64,000 nucleotides of DNA, taken from NCBI GenBank assembly GCA_050949565.1, contig JBMNFY010000017.1:864001-928000 (forward strand), in the 5' to 3' direction. Each line of letters opens with the position of its first letter. Position 1 is the stretch's first letter. A model generated the notes under the pieces. It saw only the letters and a list, made by a program, of their open reading frames with translations. It was not told the origin of the DNA and did not search any database. The position numbers and the translations under genes are program-made. Positions 1-11,883 of the stretch are shown here, in pieces. The stretch is from Kiritimatiellia bacterium (GTDB taxonomy: Bacteria; Verrucomicrobiota; Kiritimatiellia; RFP12; UBA1067).

Positions 1-39
1 CTTCTGCGTTCGACGTTCTGCGTTCAGCGTTCAAACGGC

Positions 40-1143
40 TCACCCACGAGGCTGGTTAAGCGCCTCAGCAAAGAGATCAATGCCGCGGATATTGAACGCG
101 GTATTCTCATCGTTGTCCGTGGAGGCCCAAGGCGCCATCATGAACCCCAGCAAACGTTCGGGGGCCACGACCTGCCGACCAAGCTTCACAAGCTTTCCGA
201 TCACATCCTCCGCACCGGCATTGACCTGCCTGCGCTTCCAGCCGACCCAATTCGTGCCGCACGGGATCTGGTCGTAACCGGCCTTCTCAAGATCCCAGAA
301 ATTGATCAGGCGTTTATGGTCGGCCGTCTTGTTCGTGGCGAGATCGAAGCCGCCGTAGCACTCGTCGTAATACCAGTTGGAGAGAACGACGCTCTTGGGA
401 CAGCGCTGCATAAATTCGGGATGGCTCCATCCGTAATCGCTCCACGCCCACGGGCGGGCGCCGAGTTTCTCCACTGTCCGCACGAGGTGCTCGAAGTCGT
501 GCATCCAGAACTCGCCGACGCGGACAGAGATATAATACGCGCGACCGCTTCCAGCCTGATGCTGGGCCGTCTCCTCGTCGCACCCAATGTGGATGAAGCG
601 CGGACGGTCAAAGATCTTGTAGGCATCGCGCAGCACGTCCTCGCACACCTTGTAGTAGGTGGGCGTGGAAAGCATGCGGCGATAGTACTTCAGCCACCCA
701 TTGTGCGTGGTGGAGAAGTTCAGCTTCGGAATCGGCTCAAGCCCCATGCCCCGCAGCCGATTGAGTTCGGCACGGAGCTTTTCCACGCTCCATGACCCGG
801 TGATGGCAAGCTCAGGGTGGCTGGGGTAAACGACACCCTCCCCGAGGTCGATCACGACCATGTTCATCCCCTTCGCGGCGGCATGATCCGTGACCTTACG
901 CCAGAGATCATCTTTACAGCGGAGCGTCGTGTCCGGCAACCCCTTTTCAAACTTGGAGAGGTCCATACCCTCCGGGAACCAATCGCACCACATGTTATGA
1001 CCAAGGTGCAACAACACCGCCTTGATGGCTTCAGGAGCCGTGGCAGATGCAGCGGCCCGGCCGACCGCTCCCTTGGCGACATTACCCGCACCGAGAGCCG
1101 CAGCAGACAGCGCCGCCGACTTCACAAATTCACGTCTCTTCAT
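40..1143 (-). CDS. Tat-exported glycoside hydrolase family 20-like TIM-barrel protein
   Basis: Start taken at MKRREFVK (twin-arginine signal) after a GGAGGAAAG RBS; HIGCDE resembles the GH20 HxGxDE catalytic motif; PIPKLNFS..H motif. Confidence 0.7.
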   Translation of the reverse strand: MKRREFVKSAALSAAALGAGNVAKGAVGRAAASATAPEAIKAVLLHLGHNMWCDWFPEGMDLSKFEKGLPDTTLRCKDDLWRKVTDHAAAKGMNMVVIDLGEGVVYPSHPELAITGSWSVEKLRAELNRLRGMGLEPIPKLNFSTTHNGWLKYYRRMLSTPTYYKVCEDVLRDAYKIFDRPRFIHIGCDEETAQHQAGSGRAYYISVRVGEFWMHDFEHLVRTVEKLGARPWAWSDYGWSHPEFMQRCPKSVVLSNWYYDECYGGFDLATNKTADHKRLINFWDLEKAGYDQIPCGTNWVGWKRRQVNAGAEDVIGKLVKLGRQVVAPERLLGFMMAPWASTDNDENTAFNIRGIDLFAEALNQPRG

Positions 1144-1210
1144 ATCGTTCTTTCCTCCCTTTGGATCTGCCAAGATCATAGCACAACGGTGGTAAATGTC
1201 GACAAAGAGG

Positions 1211-1270
1211 CCGAAAGAATCGATGGAATCGAAAGAATCGAATCATTCGACTCAATCGATTCCATCGAAA
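1211..1270. repeat. 9-nt-period repeats arranged as an inverted repeat (TCGATGGAATCGA...TCGATTCCATCGA)
   Basis: Seen directly in the intergenic region after the adhesin stop. Confidence 0.75.
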
Positions 1271-1293
1271 AAACCTGCCGTCTTTCGCCGCCG

Positions 1294-4200
1294 TTACGGC
1301 AGCTCGACGCCGATCTTGTAGAAGGCACCGCCAGCGGGCGGGTTAGGATCGACGAAGGTGTTCGTCGGATAGGTCGCCTCAACGGTGGCGATCGGCGTGA
1401 ACGGCTGCGTCAGGCTGGTGGTGCGGTACACGATGTACCGGTCGCCCCAGTAGCTGTTCCACGTGAGCTTAAGACCGCCCGCCGCAGCGTCGAACGCGAC
1501 CGCGAGCTGGATCGGGCTGATGGTGTAGGCCAGCGGAAGCTGGTTGTCACCCTCGCTCCACTCCTGCGTGACGTCGCCCATGTCGGCGTAGACGCGCACG
1601 TGGTGCGTACCGCGTGTCATGGCGGCGGTCAGGCCGCCCACTTCGATGACGCGCACCTCGCCGGGTTGCATGACGCCAATCTCGACCGTCGCGTCAGGCG
1701 TCTCGCCGATAACCACAGGGTTGACGTGCGAGATGAAGATACCCGCATAGCCGGCGTTCCCCGCGATCTGGCCGCGATTCTCGACGGTGAAGCGGATCGC
1801 GAAAACCTCGCCCGTGACCGTCGGGGCCGGGCCGATGAACTCAATGGCTGTGACGCCGAAGTCAGCACGCACATAAGGATTGCCAGCCTCGTCAACACCG
1901 CCGGGGACTGTGCCGGTGTCACCCGTGTCCGTTCCGGCACCTGTGTCGCCTGTACCCGTGTCACCGCCGACACCCGTAGCGGGTTCGGTTGTACCAGTAT
2001 CACCCGTGTCGCCGGTACCGGTATCACCTGTACCAGTTCCAGCACCACCGGTGTCGCCGGTAGCGCCAGCGTCCGCTTCACCCTCATCCACGTCGCCCAC
2101 GGTCGCGCCAACGACAGGGCCAGTGCCACGGAAGATGACGATCTCGGAGTCGGTGTCCGTGACGGTGACATCGGTTATCGAGATTCCGGAAGCCGTGGCG
2201 GTGTTGGTCACAAAGCCTGCCAGGAAGTCGGCCGGTGTCAGCGTGTAGGTCGCCGTGAAGGTCGTCGAGTTGGTCTCGCCGGGCTGGAGCACGGCGATCG
2301 GTCCGCCGATCACTTCGACGAGCGGATCGTCGATGGTGATGTCGTGGAGCGGCACCCCGCCGTCATTGATGACGGTGAAGGTGTACTCGATGGTCGCACC
2401 TTCGCCCTCGCCGAGGCAGTAGGCCCCGAAGCCGAAGTTGTGGAACTCGAAGCCGCGCCCGGTCTCGACGTCGCCGCCGAAGATGGCAGAACCATCGATG
2501 GAACCGCCGTAGAGTTGGGCGGAGGCATACGGAGCCACGACAGAGCCTTCGTGCGTGAAGCTCTCCACGACGATGTTCGTCGCATCGACGTAGTTGAAGA
2601 TCACGTGGCTTGAGTCGATGCCGCTGAGGCGCATCGCGCTATTCACGATCGAAACATCGGTGCCGTAGATATTGACCAGTACGACAGAGTCAGCGGGTGC
2701 TTCGATGATGTAGTCGGATTGCGACATACTCCAATCCTCGGCACGCACATGGAAGACGTTAAGCCAAGGATCAGCACCCGTCAGGTAACCGAAGTACTCC
2801 TGCGTGAAGTCATTCACCACCACGCCGCGCTCCTCAAGCGCAGCCATCTCAGTGCTGCCCACCTCGACACGGGCGTAGAGATCGAGCCACGTCTCGCCGG
2901 TACCGTCACGCGACACGTTGCCGGAGGCGTCGAACGTGATGTTCGTCGCCTGGTAGACCACGTTGCCGTCGGACATGTAGCGCTCAGGGCCGTAGCGGGT
3001 GCCGCCGTAGACGATGTTGCCGTTGACACCGAAATAGCCGTCGTAGAGGTCACCGCCAACGATCAACATGTCGGTGGTGCCGTCGGTGTAGACGGGCAGC
3101 GGCATGCCGACGATGGGCTGGCCGACGCTGTAGCCGTCCGTGAAGCTGGCGGTGCCGCCAACCGCGAGGCGGTACTCGGTATCGCCGCCGGCAGCGTGGA
3201 AGTCGCCGAAGATGAACGCGTTGAAGTTCGTGGCGAAGTAGAGCCATTCACAGGCGACGCCCGGCGCACCGGGGATGTAGCGACCTTCCTTGATGAGCTT
3301 GATCGAGGGATCGATGTTTTCGAAGACCTCGCCGAAGTCGTAGCGCACGCCACGGTCACCAGCGTTCAGGGTGATCTCCGCAAGGATATCATCCAGAATG
3401 TCGGTGTTGGTGCCACGTGTCTCGCCGCCGACAGTCCCGAGGAGGTCGGTCGTTGAGATGTAACCATCAGGCTGCGTCTCGGTGATCGTGTAGACCCCCG
3501 GGAAGAGACCGGTGAAGTTGTAGTAGCCGTTCTCGTCGGTCGTCGTGGTCACGTTGACCGAGTTGCCGAGCGCGTCGGTTCCCGTGAGCGTGATCGTCAC
3601 GCCGGGGATGCCCTTCTCGGTGTCGTTGAAGACCTTGTCGTAGTTTTCATCATGCCACACGTAGCCGCTGATCGAGGCAGGCGCGACAACGGGATCGGCC
3701 GCGTGGTCGTCCGTGTTGTCGGTGACCGTCACCTCGGTGGTAGACGTGGTGATAGCGGCGCGGTTGACGAGCAGTTTGCCGTACAGGGCGGCGAAGTCGT
3801 TCTCGGCGCGCGCCGTGACCGTGATCGTGCCGGTGACACCGGGCTCGAGTGTTCCGAGCGTCCAGAGCTGGACCTGACCGTGTGCGCTCGTAGGTGCTGG
3901 AGCGGCGCTGACGAAGGTCATGCCCTCAGGCAACGTATCGCTGACCATGACATCTGCGGCGGCAAGGTTACCGTTGTTGCCGTAGGTCAGGGTGTAGACC
4001 GCCTCACCGCCAAGGCGCACAGTCGTGGGGCCGCTCTTCGCAATCCAGACGTTCGCGAGCTGCTTCACGACCACGGGGACGGAATCCTCATTGTTCGTGT
4101 AGTCAGTCTCCTGGCGATCATTGCCGATGCGCACCGTGTTGACAAGCGTCTGGTCGGAGACATCGGCGTTGACACGCGCAACGACCGTGACGACACCAGC

Positions 4201-7200
4201 GGCGTTCGGCGCAACATCGCCGAGGTTCCATGTATAGACATTGCCGGAGACCGCATCATACGCCGGCTCGGACGAGACGAAGGTCAGGCCCGTCGGCAGG
4301 ATATCCTTAAGCACAGCATTGTCGGCGGGCCACGGCCCGTTGTTACGCCACGCGAGCGTGAACGTCACAAGTTCGTTCGTCAAAGCGGCAACCGTGTCGG
4401 CCGTCTTTGTCACCTCGAGGTCGAGGGAACGGATCATGATGTCCGCCTCGTCCGAGTTGTTACTGAGATCGCTCTCGGGCGTGGAGGTGCTGATAAGAAC
4501 CGTGTTGTTGATATCCGGCAGGACACCGGCCGCGACCGGATCATCGACACGCACCGTGAAAGTGAACGACGCCCACGTACCGGTGTAGTAAGTCGCAAAG
4601 ACCTTCTTGATTGTCGGTGCCGTGCTACCAGTGTAGGTCATCTTGACAACGAGGTCCTGATAGTTGGGCGCAATCCCTGAAATATCCAGACCATCCAGCG
4701 GTAGCGGTGCCGGGATATCTGTGAACGTAGGCCCAAGGTCATAGACAAAGTCGTCCCCGACCACACGTCCAATCGAGTACGCGAGGGTTGTGCCTGCAGG
4801 AATATCGGCCTCGGCCACGAACTTCTCCCACGCCACAACTTCATTCGAGGTGTAGAGTCTGCGCTCGACGACGCCTGCGCCACCGAAGCCGACCGACTGC
4901 GCGTTATTGGAGAGCGGCGTGAGACCCGGCATGACGACCCAGACCGCACCACCGGTTGCTTCCGTGGGCACACCTGAAATCAGGTCGCCTACCCCGTCGC
5001 CGTTGATGTCGGCAACTGCACTGCCGAACGTGCTGAAGTACGCAACACTTGGCATTTCCCCGGCAGGCATCCCGCCCTGGCCGTCTGCAAGCTTGGTAAT
5101 CGCCTTGACCGTGCCGTCGGGATTCATGAGCGTCAGGAAGTAAACGACACTTCTGGAACTCCCGGAGGTGGCCGGGGACCCACCCATCATGATATCCGTG
5201 ACGCCATCGCCATCGACATCGCCAAGCACGCCAAGCGCCCTCACAAAACCATTGGCACCGAACGTCCCCGCCGGAATGCCGGACATGCCGTCGGCCAGCT
5301 TGACAACACGCTTGGCTGTACCGTCGGCGTTGAGCAGCATGACAATCGCGCCACCGCCATTGACATTGTTAGTACCCGTGAGCCGAATGGAGCCAAGCAG
5401 GACATCGGGGACACCATCGCCATCAAAGTCACCCAGCGGGTAGGTGGTAATACCCGCCATTGCTTGGTATCCGCTGATGAAGCCCGCCGGCACGCCATTG
5501 TAGCCATTGGTCATGCGAACCGCGCGTTTGACGGTGAGGTCCGGATTGAGCAGCGCAATGAAGCCCGCGCCCAAATAGTTATCCGCCAATGCACCTCGAT
5601 GAAGATGTCTTGAACGCCATTGCCGTCAACATCGCCAATGGGCGTCGCTCCGGTCCAATTCTTGCCCAGAGCCGTAAATTCCGGCGTACCCGGGATACCA
5701 TTCACACCCGGCCGGTAATTGATGGCGCGTTTGACCGTGCCGTCGGCATTCAACAGCAACAGGAAGACATTCAGGCGGCTTTGGTTTCCAATGAAAACGT
5801 CGGGCACCCCGTCGCCATCCATGTCCGTGCCACCACAAATCTTGTAACCCGCCTGATCCGAGGACGTGAAGAACCCTGCCGGAACGCCATTCATGCCGTT
5901 CTGTATCTTGACGGTCGACTTTGCCGTGCCGTCACTGTTCAGCAGAATGACATAGGCTCCGCCAGGGGCTGTTTGCCGGGCAAGAATCACATCCGGCACG
6001 CCGTCGCCATCGACATCGCCGAGGCCGGAGGCGTAAATGCCGACTTGCTCGTTGGCGGCAAACGTCCCCGAAGGAATGCCGTTCCGGCCATTGGCAAGCT
6101 CCACCGCCGACTGGACGGTGCCGTCGGAATTCATCATGAGCACCCAGGCGCCGCCCGAATTAAAAGCCCCGTCGTCGTTGTACACTGCACCGATCAACAG
6201 GTCGGGCACGCCGTCGCCGTTGACATCGCCAATCGCTACAACAGAACTGCCGAAATAGTCTCCAGACATGAGGCTGCCCGCAGGCAGGCCGCCCTTGTCA
6301 TTGGCGATCTTGACCGCTCCCATCGCGCCGTAATCGCCTATGACTGCCTTGTTGATGCTGGGGCCGAGGTCACCAAGAAGAACATCGAAGCTCCGCGCGC
6401 CCGCGCCCGCTTCCGGATAGTAGACGACCGTGCTGCCATCAGGATTATTTATCGAGACAAGCGTTGTGCCTTCGGGGACGATCTCGGAGATGACCGTGTC
6501 TCTCGCCACCGCATTACCGAGGTTATTGTACTCGATGGTATATTTCAGGAAATTGCCGCTCTCGGTCCAGTCGGAGTCACCTGTCCTGGCGTCAACCACG
6601 GACTTGCGCACGGCAACGTCAGCCCGGTAAACCACGGTTTCCGTGCTGTCAGTGTTGTTGTCCAGATACTCCTCAGCAGGCTCCGAATCGTTACGGTTGC
6701 GGATGGTGACGGTCGCGGTATTGACGATAGGCGTCCCGCAGGGGACGTCAAGCGCCACCGTGGCCGCGAATGTGATGGTCTGCTTCTGACCGGGGAGGAT
6801 GCCGACATTACGGTAGTAATTGGCACTGGTTACATCCGCCGATCCGAAGAACCACGCAACGCCATTGGTCGTGACCACACGCGTCAGCGGAACGGACGTG
6901 GTGATCTCATGACCGTCGGCATCGATCGGCAGCACCGGCTCGCCTTCGGCGTTGACGAGTGCGAGGATGCCTGCGGCACCGTCATCCGTGAGTTCCAGGC
7001 TGGCGGGCAGGACGTCTTTGACTTCAATGCCGTAAGCGATCTCCGTGCCGACATTCTCGACAACGATCTCATAAACGATCTCCTCGCCGGGAACAAGTCC
7101 GGGGGTGTCGCCTTCAGTGGAACCGGTCTTCGTCAGCGCCACATCACTGGCGGGCGTACGGACGGTGTGCTCGTCGGCATTATTATCCGGGTTCTGATCC

Positions 7201-10200
7201 TTGCCGGAGACGAATATCTCGACGAAGTTGTTCAGCGCCGTACCTGGCGGAAGCGCCGCGGCACCTGTCGGCGGCGTAGCAATCACCGTCACGGCGATGC
7301 TATAAGGGCCAGCCGAGCCGGGCAACGTACCGACCAGCCAAGCGATGTGTTGCACCGGAACGACGGGCTCTTCCGTCCAGCCGCCCGAAAGCGGATCGGC
7401 AGGGTCGAACGGGGGCACAGTGGCGCTACTGCCGGAGTGGTAGTAGGCGGTCACAGCCGCAGGGCCGTCGGCCCGCTGCTCGACGAAAGTGACATCAACC
7501 AGACCGTCGCCATCGGCATCGGGCAGGCTATCGATGATGTACACGTTCTCGCCCGCCTGACGGGTGGCGTTGTAATAGGTCAGATTCCAGTCAAAGCGGT
7601 CGCCGGACTGCACGATGGCGGGACCGTCCTTGACGATGGCTGGATCTGGATACGGCGTATCGACCGAGGCCTCGTCATCGTTGGGCTCGGTGCCGTCCTC
7701 GGGCGTAACGGTGCTGACCGTGACACTGTTGGGCAGGTGCGTTCCGGGGGCGACCGTCGAAGCGACGACGCCCTTGTACTGGATCACGACGTCGCCGGAG
7801 AGCCCGGGCAACACACCAGGAAGCAGCCCGGCCTTGGTCAGGGCGTTCGAGTTGGCCACGCTCCAGGTCAGAGCACCGTCAGAGACGACAGGCTGGCCGA
7901 TGGTGTAGCCGGACGTGAGCATGACGGTAGACCCCTCGACGTAGCTGATGCCCGTCGGGAACTGGTCGGTGATAACGAGGTCGCGCGCGGCCATCTGGCC
8001 GGAGTTGGCGACGATGAGGTTGTAAGTCACCGTATCGCCCGCCACGGGGAACTCCGGCGAAGCAACCTTGCGCACGCGCAGTTCGGCGTTGCGCACCAGC
8101 ACCAGATCCTCGTCGGACGAAGTCGTGGTGTCACTGCCGGCCGTCGCCGTACCGGTAACACGGTTGAGCAACTCGGCGTTGGTCTTCAGATCGTTCTTGG
8201 CGCGGACCGTGATCTTGAGTGTGCCACCCTCCCGCGAGCGTAGCTTGGCACCTTCGCCACGGTAGCCGTTATTACCGCTGATGTTGAAAACGATGCGCGT
8301 GTTGCCTTCGGAAGTCGTCTCAACAACGGAGGGCACGACCTGACCGCTGTTGTTTGCCGGTGCGCCGTTGGCCAGCGCGGCCGCGTTCCACGCATGGGTC
8401 GCGGAGAGGAACTCGGCGCCCTGAGGCAACGTGTCCACGATCGTCACCACATCGTCATCCATGCCGGAGTTGTTGTAGTAGGTGACGATCCAAGAGAAGG
8501 TGTCGCCCCGGCTGACGACGTCCGGGCCTGTCTTCTCGACGAGGATGCCCGGCGCGTTCTTGATGGTCGTCACGACCTCATTGCCAATGGCTTGCAACAA
8601 CTCGGAGGAAAAGACGCCGGTCGTATTGAAGATCTGGACGCCCTCGGGGGAACCTTCGGTGCCCAGTCCGGGGCCATCGAGGTCGTTCTTGACACGCATG
8701 CCGACGACGCTCGTGCCGCCGACGGGGTAGAGCTTCAAATCACCGATCTCGCGGTCCATCTCCCAGGCCACCCAGCGGGTCTGCTCGCCGAAGGGGCTGG
8801 TCCAGACGTCGCCGTTCTTGGTACCGGGGGCAAAGTTGGCGGCGATCGTCGCGCCGTTGATCGGCGTCATGGGGGTCAGGAACGACGGCGGAATGTTGTC
8901 GGTGGCGGAGAACCAGACACGCTCGCCGTTGGGGCCGGTGGCGTGCACCAGCACCATCTCGTCGGGGATGCGGTCCACCACGAAGGTGCCGCGCGAAGGC
9001 GCGTCGCCCGTGTTGTAGAGCGCCAGCTCGTAGTCGAGGGTGCCGCCGGAGGGGATCAGGTCGAGCACGTCGTTCTTATGCACCTTCAGGCTGGGTGCGA
9101 AGCGCACAACGGCCGAGGCGACGTCGGAGGCCGGGCCGGGCGAGCAACGCGCCGTGGCCGTGGCCGTCGAAGAGAAGGTAAGCTGCTGGCCGAAGACCAG
9201 CCCGCCGCTGACGGAGGCCTTGAGCGTCGCGGGAGCCGTGGCTCCAGGAGCGAGGTTGCCCATCTCGAGCACAAGACGCCCATTCTCGGGGTCGAACTCG
9301 ACGATCGAGGCCGGTGAGACACTGTCAAAGGAGATGTGCTGGCGCACGCCGTTGACGTTGGCGCTGGGCCAACGGATCTCAAGCAGCACGTCCTCGGCCA
9401 TGGCGGTACCGCGGTTCATCACGGTCACGGTGTAGGCGAGCTGTCCGGGCTTCTCAAGCACGGAGGGCGCCACCTTGCCAGGAGCGGAGAAGGCCAACTT
9501 GGGCTTATCGACTGAGACGCGCGTCGTCTCGTCGTTGGTGGCGCGCAGGGTAGCGGCCATCTTGGTACCACCGGCCAACGGCGTGTAGCCGAACGCGTTG
9601 AAGATACCACGGTTAGTGATCAGCTTGTCGATGCAGGGCGTAGGTTCAAGCAGCGTCGGGCTGACCGTCACGTCGAAGTAGCCGACTGCGGAGCGCGGCG
9701 CGCCATCGATCCAGCCGGCCGCGCCGGGCTCAGAAAAACGGGAATTAACGGCGGGGATATAGAACGCCACCCATTTGACGTCGGCGGGGTTCGCGGGCAG
9801 CTCCGTGCTCCAGAAATCGCCACCATCGACGTCAATATCGGCGGGCGCGTTGGCCGGACCGTAGGCGGGCGGCGCGCTCACGTCGCCGGTGTCCACCGTG
9901 GAGTAGAAGATGACCGCGTTGGTCTGGAGCCACGGGTCGGTGAACCACGCGCTCTTGAACGTGGTGCCTGCGGGCACCATGTCGACGAAAATCAGGTCGT
10001 TGAGCGCCACCATGCCGGAGTTATGGACGGCCAGGCCGTACGGGAAGGAGGCGCCGGGCTTGACAAAGAGTTCGCGGTCGTCCTCGCCAGCGGTGATACC
10101 GAAGTAGGAATCGAGGTTGTCGCCCTTGGCGAAGATGCCGTAGGGCGTCTCGTCCACGGGCCATGAGACCTTAAGGGAACTAGAAATGGGATCGGTATAG

Positions 10201-11566
10201 ATGGAGTCAAGCCACACGGTATTGATATAGCTGCCGATACCGGGCAGCGGCGGCGTGTCGAGCAACCGCACACCGAAGGAACCGGTGAAGGTGGCGCCGG
10301 GGGTGAGCGTCGGGTAGTTCGTCCAGACCACCGCCGGGAAGGGCTCGCCGCCGGCCGGCGGCGTGTAGGCGGGTACATAAAAGCCACCTGCGGGCGAGAT
10401 GTCCACCACCGGGATGTCTGTCCCGCCAAGATTGGGATCGATCTTACCCATGAGGTCGGAGAGAGGTTGTCATAGACAACGACGCCGTACATCGTCTCGC
10501 GGCCCTCGCTGACGTAGCTATTGCGGGCCTCAAGGGTGAAGCGGTTGACCGTGCCGGGGAAGGTGTAGTTGCCGGAGGCGAGCGTGTAGATGCCCGCGCC
10601 CGTGCGCTTGGTCACGCCGGGGGCGGGAACACTCTTGATCAGCGTATTGACTGTGGCGGATTTCACCGTGTCGGCGTTGGCGGCCGACGCAGTGGCGCTA
10701 TTGGCGGTCTTGGAATCGTTGAGCGTGCCGTTCTTCGTGCGGACCGCGAACCAGAGCGTGTCGGTCGTGCCCTCGGGCTTGGTGCCGAGGTCCCAGTAGA
10801 CGCTACGGGCGGGGATCTCCACGCCGTGTACCGTTACCGGCACCGCCGTGTAGGTGCCGCCCTGCGAAGCTTCAACAAAGGAGACATCATCGTTCTGGCC
10901 GTGCTCGGCCGGGTAGGTCATCGTGCCGTCAGCCTTGAGCGGCAGTTTATCCCAGACGACGAGGTTCTTGGCCTCAACATAGCTAACCGAATAACGGATG
11001 CGGTAGACGATGCGCTGGCCCGCCAGCACCGACTCGGGAGCCGATTTGTCGAGCAGCAACACAGAAACCGGGGTTCAGGAGACCGCAAGGTCAGAGACCA
11101 TCGGCGACACAACACCTTCATTAAGGGCCACGATGACCGCCAATTCCGGGTGCGCCACGGGATCAATCTCCGCCAGCGATACCTCGCCGTCGTAGTCGAC
11201 AGGGCCGAGGACGGTCGCGCGGGTGAGCGCATTGATCACGCTAACCCGAACATCGGCAGGAGCCGACCAAGTACCGGAGAGCTTGAGCGTCCCCCAAGCG
11301 CCGAAGCTCGGCGGCTTGATGCGCACCGTCTCGTAATTGCCCGAGGTCTGGCCCGCGATCAGCTTGACGACGCCGGAGGCGGAGACGACGGTCGTTCCGG
11401 AGGTGGTGCGCACGCCCAGATTGTCATTGTACGTGTCCGTCCATGTGCCAGCATTGTTGTCGATGACCGGCGCGGCTATAGCGGCGCCGCCTAATGACAG
11501 AACCGCGGTCAGCGTAGCGAGCAAGCTGAAACCGCGGCAGATGAAACCCTTGGTCATTGCATGCAC
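1294..11566 (-). pseudogene. Giant (~3400 aa) secreted adhesin-like protein: DUF11 repeats, FG-GAP repeats, SdrD-B-like, choice-of-anchor A, TGDTG linker, CARDB, C-terminal sorting-like domain; split by one in-frame TGA and two frameshifts
   Basis: ORFs 11075-11566, 9992-11062, 5511-10451 and 1294-5589 join into one reading. Signal peptide in first ORF; many K...V..G..F.Y.L...N.G...A..V...D.LP units (DUF11); GDVNGDGVPD (FG-GAP); [10 protein letters not shown]...[11 protein letters not shown] (SdrD-B); [21 protein letters not shown] (choice-of-anchor A). Confidence 0.85.
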
Positions 11567-11800
11567 TATCGTCGTCCCTTTCTAAGCTACCGGGGTACAT
11601 CCCACCCATACCGCGACCGCACGTCCGCAACAAGCGGGATGGCATTACCACAGCACCTGAAAATTGATACACTCCGGGCGTGCCAGTAAGGTTTACATGA
11701 AAACAAAACCTTTTCCGCCCTCGAATGCGACATTTTATAGCCGATTTTACCCCCAGAAGTCAAGTGAAGTCCCGGATTTCCTAAATTTTCACACTCACTC

Positions 11801-11829
11801 TTGACCAACAACCATCCATGTGTTACGTT
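11801..11829 (+). promoter_or_regulatory. sigma70-type promoter TTGACC-N17-TACGTT of the TonB receptor operon
   Basis: TTGACC at 11801-11806, TACGTT at 11824-11829, about 55 nt upstream of ATG 11884. Confidence 0.65.
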
Positions 11830-11846
11830 TTTACAAATCGTAACAC
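11820..11846. promoter_or_regulatory. Palindromic operator GTGTTAC-N13-GTAACAC, NikR-type
   Basis: Perfect inverted repeat overlapping the -10 box; matches the deltaproteobacterial-type NikR consensus as recalled. Confidence 0.75.
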
Positions 11847-11883
11847 CAGCAACTTCACAGTAAGCCATGCGAGGGTAGATCAC

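Noticed and set aside
817-9317. Long plus-strand ORFs (817-2613, 5589-8243, 8394-9317)
   Set aside because: Antisense shadows of the GC-rich adhesin; no recognisable motifs.
11075-11077. TGA recoding (genetic code 4/25 or selenocysteine)
   Set aside because: Many genes here end in TGA and Trp is encoded by TGG; context suggests Trp, not Cys.
11668-11686. TGGCACG upstream of the adhesin as a sigma54 promoter
   Set aside because: The -12 position reads GT, not GC (GG-N10-GT).
11567-11883. Cobalamin riboswitch before the TonB/ECF operon
   Set aside because: No B12-box or GGGAA/GCCACTG core seen, and the leader after the predicted promoter is too short.
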